DNA from: Candidatus Poribacteria bacterium
GTDB lineage: Bacteria; Poribacteria; WGA-4E; PCPOR2b
Length of the DNA stretch: 64,000 nt
Direction: 5' to 3'
Assembly: GCA_965208675.1 (NCBI GenBank)
Contig: OZ242351.1
Location: 4,576,001-4,640,000 of the forward strand
The position numbers and the translations under genes were made by a program. Positions within the stretch are counted from its first letter, which is position 1; each line of letters begins with the position of its first letter. Below the pieces are notes generated by a model that was not told where the DNA came from, searched no databases, and saw only the letters and a list, made by a program, of their open reading frames with translations. Below are positions 28,588 to 37,113 of this stretch, piece by piece.

Positions 28588-29370
28588 CTACAGCAGCACC
28601 ATCCCGCCATCTACCATAATTGACTGACCTGTGATGTAGTTGGAATCGTCTGATGCCAAGAATGCTGCGAGTCCAGCAATGTCATTGGGCGTTGATGGAC
28701 GTCCCAGCAGGATGCGTCTGCCAAACTCAGCCATGGCGTCTCCGGGCTGCTCAAACAGTCCGTGATCCAAGAACTCTTTGTCGAGCTGATCCCAGAGCGT
28801 GGTTTGCACGACACCCGGACAGAAGGCGTTGACGCAGATTCCGTTTTCGGCGAAGGCGCGCGCACCAGCTTGTGTAAGCGCTACGACCGAGAATTTGCTC
28901 GCACAGTAGTGCGGCTGAATTTCATACCCCTCCTTGCCAGCAATAGAGGCGGTGTTGATTATCTTCCCGCCTTCGCCTTGGGCGATCATTCGCCGTGCTG
29001 CCTCCTGCATGCAGATCATCACCCCTAGCGCGTTAACTCGCATCAACCGTTCCCAATCGCTCTCAGTCACATCCATAAAAGGTTTGATTTCCGCGACGGC
29101 AGCGTTGTTAAAGATGACATCCAAGCGTCCAAACGCGTCGACGGTACTCTGAACCATGGCTTTAACGCTGGTGCGATCCGCGACGTCACACCGGCACCCG
29201 ATTGCGTTACCACCAATTTCAGACGCAGTGTTTTTAGCGTTGTCCTCGTTGATGTCTGCGATGCACACCTTCGCGCCTTCGGCAGCCATTCGCATAGCAA
29301 TTCCGCGTCCGATACCTTGTCCACCGCCAGTAACAACGCATACCTTTCCTTCAAGCCGCTGTTCTGCCAT
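28588..29370 (-). CDS. SDR family oxidoreductase (acetoin/polyol dehydrogenase-like)
   Basis: VTGGGQGIG, NNAAV, YCASK, CPGVVQT and ITGQSIMVDGG motifs; RBS AGGAGG before ATG 29370. Confidence 0.9.
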   Translation of the reverse strand: MAEQRLEGKVCVVTGGGQGIGRGIAMRMAAEGAKVCIADINEDNAKNTASEIGGNAIGCRCDVADRTSVKAMVQSTVDAFGRLDVIFNNAAVAEIKPFMDVTESDWERLMRVNALGVMICMQEAARRMIAQGEGGKIINTASIAGKEGYEIQPHYCASKFSVVALTQAGARAFAENGICVNAFCPGVVQTTLWDQLDKEFLDHGLFEQPGDAMAEFGRRILLGRPSTPNDIAGLAAFLASDDSNYITGQSIMVDGGMVLL

Positions 29371-29470
29371 ATTCGTATTGCCTCCTGATTGGTATTTATG
29401 GGATTCAACTTGCCATACCAGCCGTCGAGCGGTTAACCCGGCGCGTTTTTGCACAAGTCTCCTATGTATT

Positions 29471-30259
29471 CTAATGGAACAAGCAGCCCCCGTTAATGTT
29501 AAGCGCTTGACCGGTAAGGTATGCGCCCTCGGATGAAGCCAAGTATACGACCGCGGCGCCGATGTCTTCGGGTGTACCCTGTTTGCCCAACGGGATACTG
29601 TCTTTTACGAGCTGATTCATCTCGTCAAAGGTGATTCCGCGTATCTCCGACTCATCGCGCAGTGCTTGCCAGTGCATTTCAGTCGCCATGTTTCCGGGGC
29701 AGATGCTGTTGGCACGTACGCCGTACGGCGCGAGTTCTAGCGCAAGGGTTTCTGTCATGCGGATTACCGCCGACTTGGATGCACAATAGACTCCAAAATT
29801 AGCGAAGCCTTGTTTGCCATACCAAGAACCGAGGTTAATGATGCAGCCGTTACCTTGCTCGCGCATTACGCGTGCTGCAGATCGACACCCGTTGAACACG
29901 CCGCGCACGTTGACGCCAATCACGCGGTCAAAGATTTCGTCCGACGTATCTGCTACCGGTACCATCGGCTGCACGACGCCAGCGTTGTTGACAATGAGAT
30001 CCAGCCCGCCCAGCCGCTCGACGACCTGATCAATCATTGCATCCACGGATGATGCCGTTGTAACGTCAACGTTAATCGGGAAACCGCCATTTTCGGGGAA
30101 ACGTTCCCGGACTGCCGTCCATGTGTCTTCGACTTGGGGTTGTATATCAGCGGGTACGACTTCGGCACCCTCAGCCGCCAGCCGGAGCGCTGTACCCCTT
30201 CCCAGCCCTTGGGCGGCTCCCGTAACGATAGCTACCTGATCCTCCAAAAGTCCGCTCAC
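29471..30259 (-). CDS. SDR family oxidoreductase
   Basis: VTGAAQGLG, NNAG, YCASK and LTGQALNINGG motifs. Confidence 0.9.
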   Translation of the reverse strand: MSGLLEDQVAIVTGAAQGLGRGTALRLAAEGAEVVPADIQPQVEDTWTAVRERFPENGGFPINVDVTTASSVDAMIDQVVERLGGLDLIVNNAGVVQPMVPVADTSDEIFDRVIGVNVRGVFNGCRSAARVMREQGNGCIINLGSWYGKQGFANFGVYCASKSAVIRMTETLALELAPYGVRANSICPGNMATEMHWQALRDESEIRGITFDEMNQLVKDSIPLGKQGTPEDIGAAVVYLASSEGAYLTGQALNINGGCLFH

Positions 30260-30317
30260 TGTCCACCTCCTTGAAGCAATTGCACAATAGCTGCGTCCAG
30301 CGGTTGGGATACCGCCA

Positions 30318-31547
30318 TCAATAGTTCACACCGCACCCTATCAGTTCTTCACACGGGAATTTGGTGATGACATCAATTCCTGTCGAAGTGACAACGACTT
30401 CCTCTTCTATCCTAGCCCCGTCCATTCCTTCAGCATCATATGTTTCGACGGCGATTACCATACCCTCTTGGAATTCGACGGGATGGTCGAGGCTATACAA
30501 CCTCGAAACGATGGGACGTTCCCACAAACCGACACCGAGTCCGTGTGCGTATGCCAGACCGAATGCCTGGGATTCGTTTTCGAAACCCCAGTAGTCAGCG
30601 GAGGGCCATGCGCGTGCAAGATCGGCTGTGGTTGCGCCAGGACGGATGACCTCCATTCCCTCTCGCAACATGTCGTAGGTGCGTTTGTAGACCGCCTTTT
30701 GCCGCTGGGTCGGCTTACCGCAGCAGAGTGTCCGGTAGTAGCAAGTCTGGTAGCCGTTATACATCATCTGTATGTCGAGGAAAACAAGATCGCCCGGTTG
30801 TACAAGCCGATCGGAACTCAGATGCGGGTGTGGATGTGTACGCGAACCGCTAGTGACTTGCACGTTTAACACCCATTGGCTGCCGAGTCTGTGGAGTTCG
30901 TGTGAGGCTTCCGCTTGAATGTCGTTTTCACGTATACCCGGCCTGAGTGTTCGCGCGACACGGTCAAACGCGGCATCGACGGTAGCAGCGGCATTGCGCA
31001 TAATCTGGATCTCGTCGTCAGTCTTGATTAACCTGGCTTTCATCATGACATCTTGACCGTCGACAAATCGAACGCCTTCCTTCTGCAGCGCCAAGATTAA
31101 TTGAGAGTCAAGCACGTCGATGCCGATAGGTTCTTTGGGGCTGATGCCGTTCTGATCAAGTACCATCCGCAAATCCCTGATAAACTTTTTGTGTGCATCC
31201 CAGTTGCTAGGCAAGGCGCCGAACAGGGTAGTATGCGCAGGATATGCGCGATCGGCAATCCATGGGCAATGCAATTTTTCAGCGGCAACCTCCGACCCAA
31301 ACCCGAAGATGTATGGTTCACCGTTGCGAGGTACAATGGCGTAACGGCCCATGTTATCAATTTCAGGAGAACACACGGCGGTTGATGTAGCGTAGCGCTT
31401 ATTGTGGTTGTCAAAGAGCAGCAAGCAGCCGAAATCGGTTTTCTCTAGTTCGGCTTTGACTCGGTCGAGACGGTCTTTGCGCAGACGGTCGAAGTTGATT
31501 CGCTCTTCGTAGTCAACGCCCATTGTTCCCTGTGTTCCAAATCTCAT
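30318..31547 (-). CDS. M24 (Xaa-Pro peptidase/creatinase fold) family protein with atypical metal site
   Basis: RLIKTDDEI, VFLD, GYQTCYYRT (Cys where Asp is usual), HGLG, AVE and RIEEEVVVT motifs. Confidence 0.85.
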   Translation of the reverse strand: MRFGTQGTMGVDYEERINFDRLRKDRLDRVKAELEKTDFGCLLLFDNHNKRYATSTAVCSPEIDNMGRYAIVPRNGEPYIFGFGSEVAAEKLHCPWIADRAYPAHTTLFGALPSNWDAHKKFIRDLRMVLDQNGISPKEPIGIDVLDSQLILALQKEGVRFVDGQDVMMKARLIKTDDEIQIMRNAAATVDAAFDRVARTLRPGIRENDIQAEASHELHRLGSQWVLNVQVTSGSRTHPHPHLSSDRLVQPGDLVFLDIQMMYNGYQTCYYRTLCCGKPTQRQKAVYKRTYDMLREGMEVIRPGATTADLARAWPSADYWGFENESQAFGLAYAHGLGVGLWERPIVSRLYSLDHPVEFQEGMVIAVETYDAEGMDGARIEEEVVVTSTGIDVITKFPCEELIGCGVNY

Positions 31548-31565
31548 ATCAAAATCTCCTCTGAT

Positions 31566-31952
31566 TTATTTTATCGTCGATTCAAAAATCTGCATTATCT
31601 CGAAGACGAGACCATTGGGCGACCGGAAAAATGCGAGGCGGCGCGATCCGAAGGTACCGCTGATGGTTTTAGGATCAACGAGTACTTCAGTACCCAGGTC
31701 CATGAACTCCTCGAATGCCGCTTCGAAATCGTCTACCTCAAACACGGCATGAGTCAATCCCGGCCTAGGCTGATGGTCGAGTTTGTCTTCGAAAGCCAGA
31801 TGTGGCGTCAAAAAGAGGCGCGTCCCACCAAACCCAAGAAATGCGGTTCCACGTTCGTGCATCAACACTTCTGCCCCAAGCGCTTCAAAAAATTCCATCT
31901 CTTTTTCAAGGTCCTCGACTTTGACGCCAATGTTCCATAAGCTTGCATCCAT
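31566..31952 (-). CDS. VOC/glyoxalase family protein
   Basis: NIGVKVEDLE, HAVFEVDD and AFFRSPNGLVFEI motifs. Confidence 0.85.
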   Translation of the reverse strand: MDASLWNIGVKVEDLEKEMEFFEALGAEVLMHERGTAFLGFGGTRLFLTPHLAFEDKLDHQPRPGLTHAVFEVDDFEAAFEEFMDLGTEVLVDPKTISGTFGSRRLAFFRSPNGLVFEIMQIFESTIK

Positions 31953-31983
31953 ATTTTACCATCCTTAACTTTGCGCAGTGAAT

Positions 31984-34437
31984 TCAGACAAACAACCCGC
32001 AACGATTTAGCGCTATCAGCGTGGCTTCAACGATACCGTCGGGGTCAATCCCAAAGTGTTTATAGAGATCGGTGCGCGCGCCAGATTGTCCAAACTCGTC
32101 CACGCCGAGCGGTACGACCAGTGATCCGTACACACTGCCTAACCATGCTAGGGCATGAGATGCGCCGTCATGAACGGTGATAATGGGTGCATGCCTTTCG
32201 CTTTGTGGAATAAGCCAATCAAAGGGGCCGTGTGTATCCTCCCAATGCATGGTTTGCCAAGCTTCGAACAGGCGGCGGGCGCTCGTCAAGTTCAGCACGT
32301 TTACGGCGATTCCCTTCCGATGCAGCGCGTTCACGGCGGCTGCCACCTCCGGAATCATGGTGCCTGTTGTTGCAATGTGAATTAAGCGCTCTTTGGGGCG
32401 TACCGGTTCTGCCGTACGCCAATCGACAAGCCTGTAGCCGCCGGCGAGTACCTGCCGCCGCAATTCTTCCTCTCCCAACCGCGCCATGGCTGATGCAAAA
32501 AGTTGATTGTCAATGGGTTTAGTAGATAGGCGCAAATAGGTTGAGCGTCCATGTGACCGGTCGCAGCATTGACGAAGTGCGTCAAGCAATATCCACTCTA
32601 ACTCCTTGGCGAAGCACGGTTCGTACGCATTCAGCCCGGGCAACTCTGCGCCCAATGATGGGGTAACGGTGGACTGGTGCGCTCCGCCTTCCGGGGACAA
32701 CGTTATCCCTGACGGTGTGCCGGCAAAAATGAACTTTGCGCCTGAATACTGCGCATAAATCAGCGCGTCAAGACCGCGACAAATAAACGGGTCGTAAACC
32801 GTGCCGATGGGAATCAGATGCTGTCCACAAAGCTCTGCCGACAGCCCGAACATGCCTAGCATCATGAAGAAGTTCATCTCGGAGATGCCCAATTCAATAT
32901 GCTGCCCCTGCGGGCTGTACTTCCATTTTCGGAGTTCATTGGCTTCGGTCTCGTAGTCCGGCAATTCCTCCAGTGCAAATACGCCCATTTTGTTAACCCA
33001 ACTCGACATACCCGTAGAAGAGGTCACATCGGGCGACGCGGTGATGATGCGATTAGACAAGTTTGGCACCCGCGTGAGTTGGAGGAGCAGCCGTCCAAAC
33101 GCTTGTTGGGTACTCAATACGCCTTTGGCTGGAATAGAGAGCTTTTCCGGAATTTCATTGGGAGAGAGCGCTACAGGCGGTGCGGTATACGCGGGATAAA
33201 GCTCAGAAGCGATTTCATCGCAGAGTTGACCGGACGAAGAATTAGAATCAAACCGCGCCCAATCATCGTCAGGGGGAACGTCCAATACTTGCCGCAGTTC
33301 GTCAATTTGCTTTTCATTCAGCAGCATGGAATGATTGAGCGGGTGACCGGCAATGGGCAAGCCCCAACCTTTGATGGTGTAAGCGAAAATAATTGACGGT
33401 TGATCGGGCTCTTCGTCTACTTGTGAGAACACGCTCAGCAACTCTTCCATGTCGTGACCGCCGAGGTTGCTCAGTACAGTCGGTAAGGTGGTATCAGGAA
33501 CACTTTGAATCACCGAGGCCAGTTCAGGGTATTTCTCGGCATTACCGTGAAGGAGATGGCGACGGATTTGATCGCCCGGCAAACGAATGACCGCCTGGTA
33601 TTCTTCATTGCTCATTTCATCAATGCGTTGGCGTAATGCGTCCCCGCCGGGCTGCTCGAACAGGTTCTGCAGCGTACGACCGTATTTGGTTTCAAGTACC
33701 TGCCAGCCGCTCTCTTCAAAGAGACGTTGAAGCTGACCGGCTCTAATACCGGGTACGACGCGGTCAAGACTTTGACGGTTGAGATCGACAATCCACAACA
33801 GGTTTCCCAACCCTGTCAGCGATTGCTCTAGGATTGCCTCCCACACGTTGCCTTCGTCCAGTTCGGCATCGCCTATGAGTCCAACAAAACGCCGCGAATT
33901 CGCCTGCCCGAAGTGGGACATTGCATAGTGATGGGCTAAGGCACCAAACGCAGGTGCAACTGCCCCGAGTCCAACCGAACCCGTCGAAAAATCAACAATG
34001 TCCGGATCTTTCGTTCGGCTCGGGTAAGCTTGCAAACCGCCGTACGATCTGAATTGAGACAGGTACTCCCTCGGCAATTGACCCAAAAGGTATTGAATAG
34101 CGTGAAAGACAGGCGATGCATGCGGTTTGACAGAGACCCGGTCGCCCGATTTCAAGAAGTGAAAATAGAGCGCGGTCATGATTGAAACAACTGATGCCGA
34201 TGATGCCTGATGGCCGCCGACCTTCATCCCGTCAGGATTCGTGCGCACCTCGTTCGCATGATGAACGATAAGCGTTGCAAGCCACAACACACGTTGTTGA
34301 ATGGTGTTTAGGGTTTCTATTCTTTTTGGCGAAACCGACCGACGGCGGCTGTCCAAATCCGTCCTCCTACTGCCTGCAGCGAAGTTGCACCTTAGATTGC
34401 CTGTGTGAACACGTTCATAACCCGGCGTATGCTCCAA
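31984..34437 (-). CDS. ThDP-dependent 2-oxoacid dehydrogenase E1 / transketolase-like protein (AceE-like homodimeric type)
   Basis: KVGGHQASSAS, KPHASP, FSTGSVGLG, GDAELDEG...N (ThDP motif), ELGISEMN and EGGAHQS; true start may lie about 100 bp downstream. Confidence 0.85.
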   Translation of the reverse strand: MEHTPGYERVHTGNLRCNFAAGSRRTDLDSRRRSVSPKRIETLNTIQQRVLWLATLIVHHANEVRTNPDGMKVGGHQASSASVVSIMTALYFHFLKSGDRVSVKPHASPVFHAIQYLLGQLPREYLSQFRSYGGLQAYPSRTKDPDIVDFSTGSVGLGAVAPAFGALAHHYAMSHFGQANSRRFVGLIGDAELDEGNVWEAILEQSLTGLGNLLWIVDLNRQSLDRVVPGIRAGQLQRLFEESGWQVLETKYGRTLQNLFEQPGGDALRQRIDEMSNEEYQAVIRLPGDQIRRHLLHGNAEKYPELASVIQSVPDTTLPTVLSNLGGHDMEELLSVFSQVDEEPDQPSIIFAYTIKGWGLPIAGHPLNHSMLLNEKQIDELRQVLDVPPDDDWARFDSNSSSGQLCDEIASELYPAYTAPPVALSPNEIPEKLSIPAKGVLSTQQAFGRLLLQLTRVPNLSNRIITASPDVTSSTGMSSWVNKMGVFALEELPDYETEANELRKWKYSPQGQHIELGISEMNFFMMLGMFGLSAELCGQHLIPIGTVYDPFICRGLDALIYAQYSGAKFIFAGTPSGITLSPEGGAHQSTVTPSLGAELPGLNAYEPCFAKELEWILLDALRQCCDRSHGRSTYLRLSTKPIDNQLFASAMARLGEEELRRQVLAGGYRLVDWRTAEPVRPKERLIHIATTGTMIPEVAAAVNALHRKGIAVNVLNLTSARRLFEAWQTMHWEDTHGPFDWLIPQSERHAPIITVHDGASHALAWLGSVYGSLVVPLGVDEFGQSGARTDLYKHFGIDPDGIVEATLIALNRCGLFV

Positions 34438-34452
34438 TTCCGAGGTGCCGTA

Positions 34453-35619
34453 TTAGGATTGAAATACGCCTTCCCAACACTTTGTATCCCAAGATTGTTC
34501 AATTGCCGCCTGCACATTTGCGACCGCTAAGGCTTCGGCGAATCCGGGCGCGCCTTGCACACCATCTGCGACGGACTTCAGAAATTGGTGAAGTTCAATG
34601 ACTTTGAGATCTTCATATCCGAGTCCGATACCGGGTCCTGGATTAAACCGCGCGTGGAATGGGTGCTCGGGACCGCCCACGATGCGGGTATAGCCGTCGT
34701 GGGTGCCATCTTCATCGGGGAGATATAAGTCGAGTTCATTCATCCGTTCGAAATCCCAGCTTAGCGCGCCGAGCGTTCCATTTACCTCAAATGCCATCTG
34801 ACACTTTGGACCGCTGATGATACGACACGCTTCAAGTGAACCGTGTGCTCCATTGGCAAACTGCGCCAACGCTCCAACATAGTCTTCGTTGCTGACATCA
34901 CCCATTGGCCCATCTTTGCGGACGGAAAAATGCGTGCCTTCTCCAGGCGTCGCAAGCGGCCGTTGTGGAATGAACGTCTCGCGGCTGCCGACGACGCGTT
35001 TGATAGGTCCTGCGATGAGATGCGCCATGTCCACGACGTGTGACATGAGATCGCCCAAGGTTCCCAAACCGGCAAACTCGCGTTGAAATCGCCACGACAA
35101 CACGCCGTAGGGATTTTTAGCGTAACCCGGAAAGAAGCGGCCTCGATAGTGAGTCAACTCACCAAGCCGGCCTTGTTGAATTAGTTGGTGGGCATACTGT
35201 ACAAGCGGCGCCCACCTGTAATTGTAACCCACAAAACTTAGAACACCCGCCTGGCGCGCCGCGTCTTCAATGTCCGAGGTTTCCTGTGGATTGCGGCCGA
35301 CGGGCTTCTCACAGAAAATATGCTTGCCCGCGTCGGCTGCCGCACGCACGATTTCCAAATGCATGAAGTTGGGGGCGGCGATATTTACAACCTCAACGTC
35401 TGCGTCGGAGATGACCTTACCCCAGTCTGTAGTGTAACGCTCGAACCCGTAAAGAGATTCGGCACGACGTGCACGAACTTCCACCTCATCTGCGCAGACA
35501 ACCAAACGCGGTTGGATTCCGCTGTCTTCGAAGCGATGCGGGATTTGCCGGTAGCATCGGCTATGTGCCGTACCCATCCAGCCTAATCCGATCACGCCAA
35601 TACCAATTGTTCTCCCCAT
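34453..35619 (-). CDS. Gfo/Idh/MocA oxidoreductase (inositol 2-dehydrogenase-like)
   Basis: [18 protein letters not shown] and GTLGDLMSH motifs; co-oriented with iolD. Confidence 0.9.
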   Translation of the reverse strand: MGRTIGIGVIGLGWMGTAHSRCYRQIPHRFEDSGIQPRLVVCADEVEVRARRAESLYGFERYTTDWGKVISDADVEVVNIAAPNFMHLEIVRAAADAGKHIFCEKPVGRNPQETSDIEDAARQAGVLSFVGYNYRWAPLVQYAHQLIQQGRLGELTHYRGRFFPGYAKNPYGVLSWRFQREFAGLGTLGDLMSHVVDMAHLIAGPIKRVVGSRETFIPQRPLATPGEGTHFSVRKDGPMGDVSNEDYVGALAQFANGAHGSLEACRIISGPKCQMAFEVNGTLGALSWDFERMNELDLYLPDEDGTHDGYTRIVGGPEHPFHARFNPGPGIGLGYEDLKVIELHQFLKSVADGVQGAPGFAEALAVANVQAAIEQSWDTKCWEGVFQS

Positions 35620-35772
35620 CGTATTTCTCCGATTTCCGTATATTGGCCTTCAGGATTGTGTGTGGAAATGAAAGTTGCTACAGATAGCGGCGTTTGTTTC
35701 AGGTCTTGTATAAGAGTGAGCGAAAACGCCACGATTCGTGGATTGCTCCTACAGAGGCGCTGCTAGTGAATT

Positions 35773-36609
35773 TTATCGCTGCGGCGCCCAACCGCGCGGG
35801 TCGGATGCAGAAAATGGCCAGCCGGCTCCACCAACAACGTGAAATTCTTCCGATTTTCCACAGAGCCAGTAAAACATCTCAGATACCCGAAGAACAGACT
35901 GCCATTTACGGGCAGGACCACAAAAGTAATCGTTCGTATATGAATAGTCGACGCGCGTGAATTCGAAGTCGTCGTCTATAATCCAGTCCCGCTTTGGAGG
36001 CACGGTGCGCCATGAGACCCATTTCAACACATTGCGCGTGGATGAATCGGTCTTTTCCGATTGCCGGTGCCAAATCGAATAGGCTGTAAAAAACACCGAG
36101 CCTGCGGGGCCAACAGTTGCCACTTGACCGGCGAGATGTCCAAAGTGCTCCAACTCCTCCCTAGGAATCGGCACGAGGTGGGAGCCCGGTAGAAATAGAG
36201 TGGGTCCCATCTCTTTGGTGTTTGCCTGCGGAATATAGAAGACTTGAAGCAGGTTACAAGTTCGCTCAAACTTTGAACCGGCGTCCATGTGCCAATTTTT
36301 CGTTTTTTGCGGCCCGGCTAAGCGGTGGTTTGCCATCCAATCCGGCAGTTGAAAACGCTCTCCGAGCAGCGATCTTGCGGCGCCGGCGACCTCGGGATGG
36401 AGCAGTACGTCTTCGATGAAACGCTCCTCTTCAAGCAGCGTCTGGGCGTCGTTGCCTTCCTGATCGAGATACTCGGATACCCAATGATTCGTCCGGTCTG
36501 GAATTACGCCCTCAAGTACGAAAAGCCCTTTCTTGCAAAAGTCGAGCACATCGTGATCGGTCATCGTTGGCTTTATATCGCCGGGTGCCCGCCGCAATTC
36601 ATGTGACAT
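35773..36609 (-). CDS. Phytanoyl-CoA dioxygenase (PhyH) family Fe(II)/2OG dioxygenase
   Basis: WHMD (HxD), GPTLFLPGSH, AGSVFF and IWHR motifs; start ATG 36609. Confidence 0.85.
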   Translation of the reverse strand: MSHELRRAPGDIKPTMTDHDVLDFCKKGLFVLEGVIPDRTNHWVSEYLDQEGNDAQTLLEEERFIEDVLLHPEVAGAARSLLGERFQLPDWMANHRLAGPQKTKNWHMDAGSKFERTCNLLQVFYIPQANTKEMGPTLFLPGSHLVPIPREELEHFGHLAGQVATVGPAGSVFFTAYSIWHRQSEKTDSSTRNVLKWVSWRTVPPKRDWIIDDDFEFTRVDYSYTNDYFCGPARKWQSVLRVSEMFYWLCGKSEEFHVVGGAGWPFSASDPRGWAPQR

Positions 36610-36613
36610 CTGC

Positions 36614-36976
36614 CTACTCCCATTTTTCGAGGATAAATTCACAGACGATGTGCGTATCTTGGGTATGTCCAACCGGCAACTGAACCGGAAAGCGAATCAC
36701 CCGCCAGCCGTCACTGATTGCCTCCAACGCGGTCTTATAGGGCCAGTCTGCCGGATCGAACGGGCCGTTGGAGACTACTCCGGATTCGACTAGCAGCATA
36801 CCTATCACGTCTGCAGTGACAGCGGTGGTTGCCGTCTGCAAGTAGAGCAGACTCTGGCTTTTGGTATGCTTTGCCGCTATGGCGTAGCCCAAATTACGGA
36901 GCTGGGTTTCCGTCAGAACCCCACAATTGAGTTGCTGTATACATTCTTCTAACAACTGCATGAGGTCGGCATCCAT
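36614..36976 (-). CDS. Small hypothetical protein coupled to the PhyH gene
   Basis: 120 aa; stop 4 bp before the PhyH start; motif PYKTALEAISDGWRVIRFP...EFILEK. Confidence 0.65.
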   Translation of the reverse strand: MDADLMQLLEECIQQLNCGVLTETQLRNLGYAIAAKHTKSQSLLYLQTATTAVTADVIGMLLVESGVVSNGPFDPADWPYKTALEAISDGWRVIRFPVQLPVGHTQDTHIVCEFILEKWE

Positions 36977-37113
36977 AGCGCTCCAACGACAATGTCGAAC
37001 CCGGGTATCAAATGCTCCCTGGAAATTACCGTCTTGAGAATGGGAAAACCGAGGTTAGACCATCGTACCGTGTCCGATTTTGAAAATTGTTTGCCACCGC
37101 AACGGCGTCCGGT

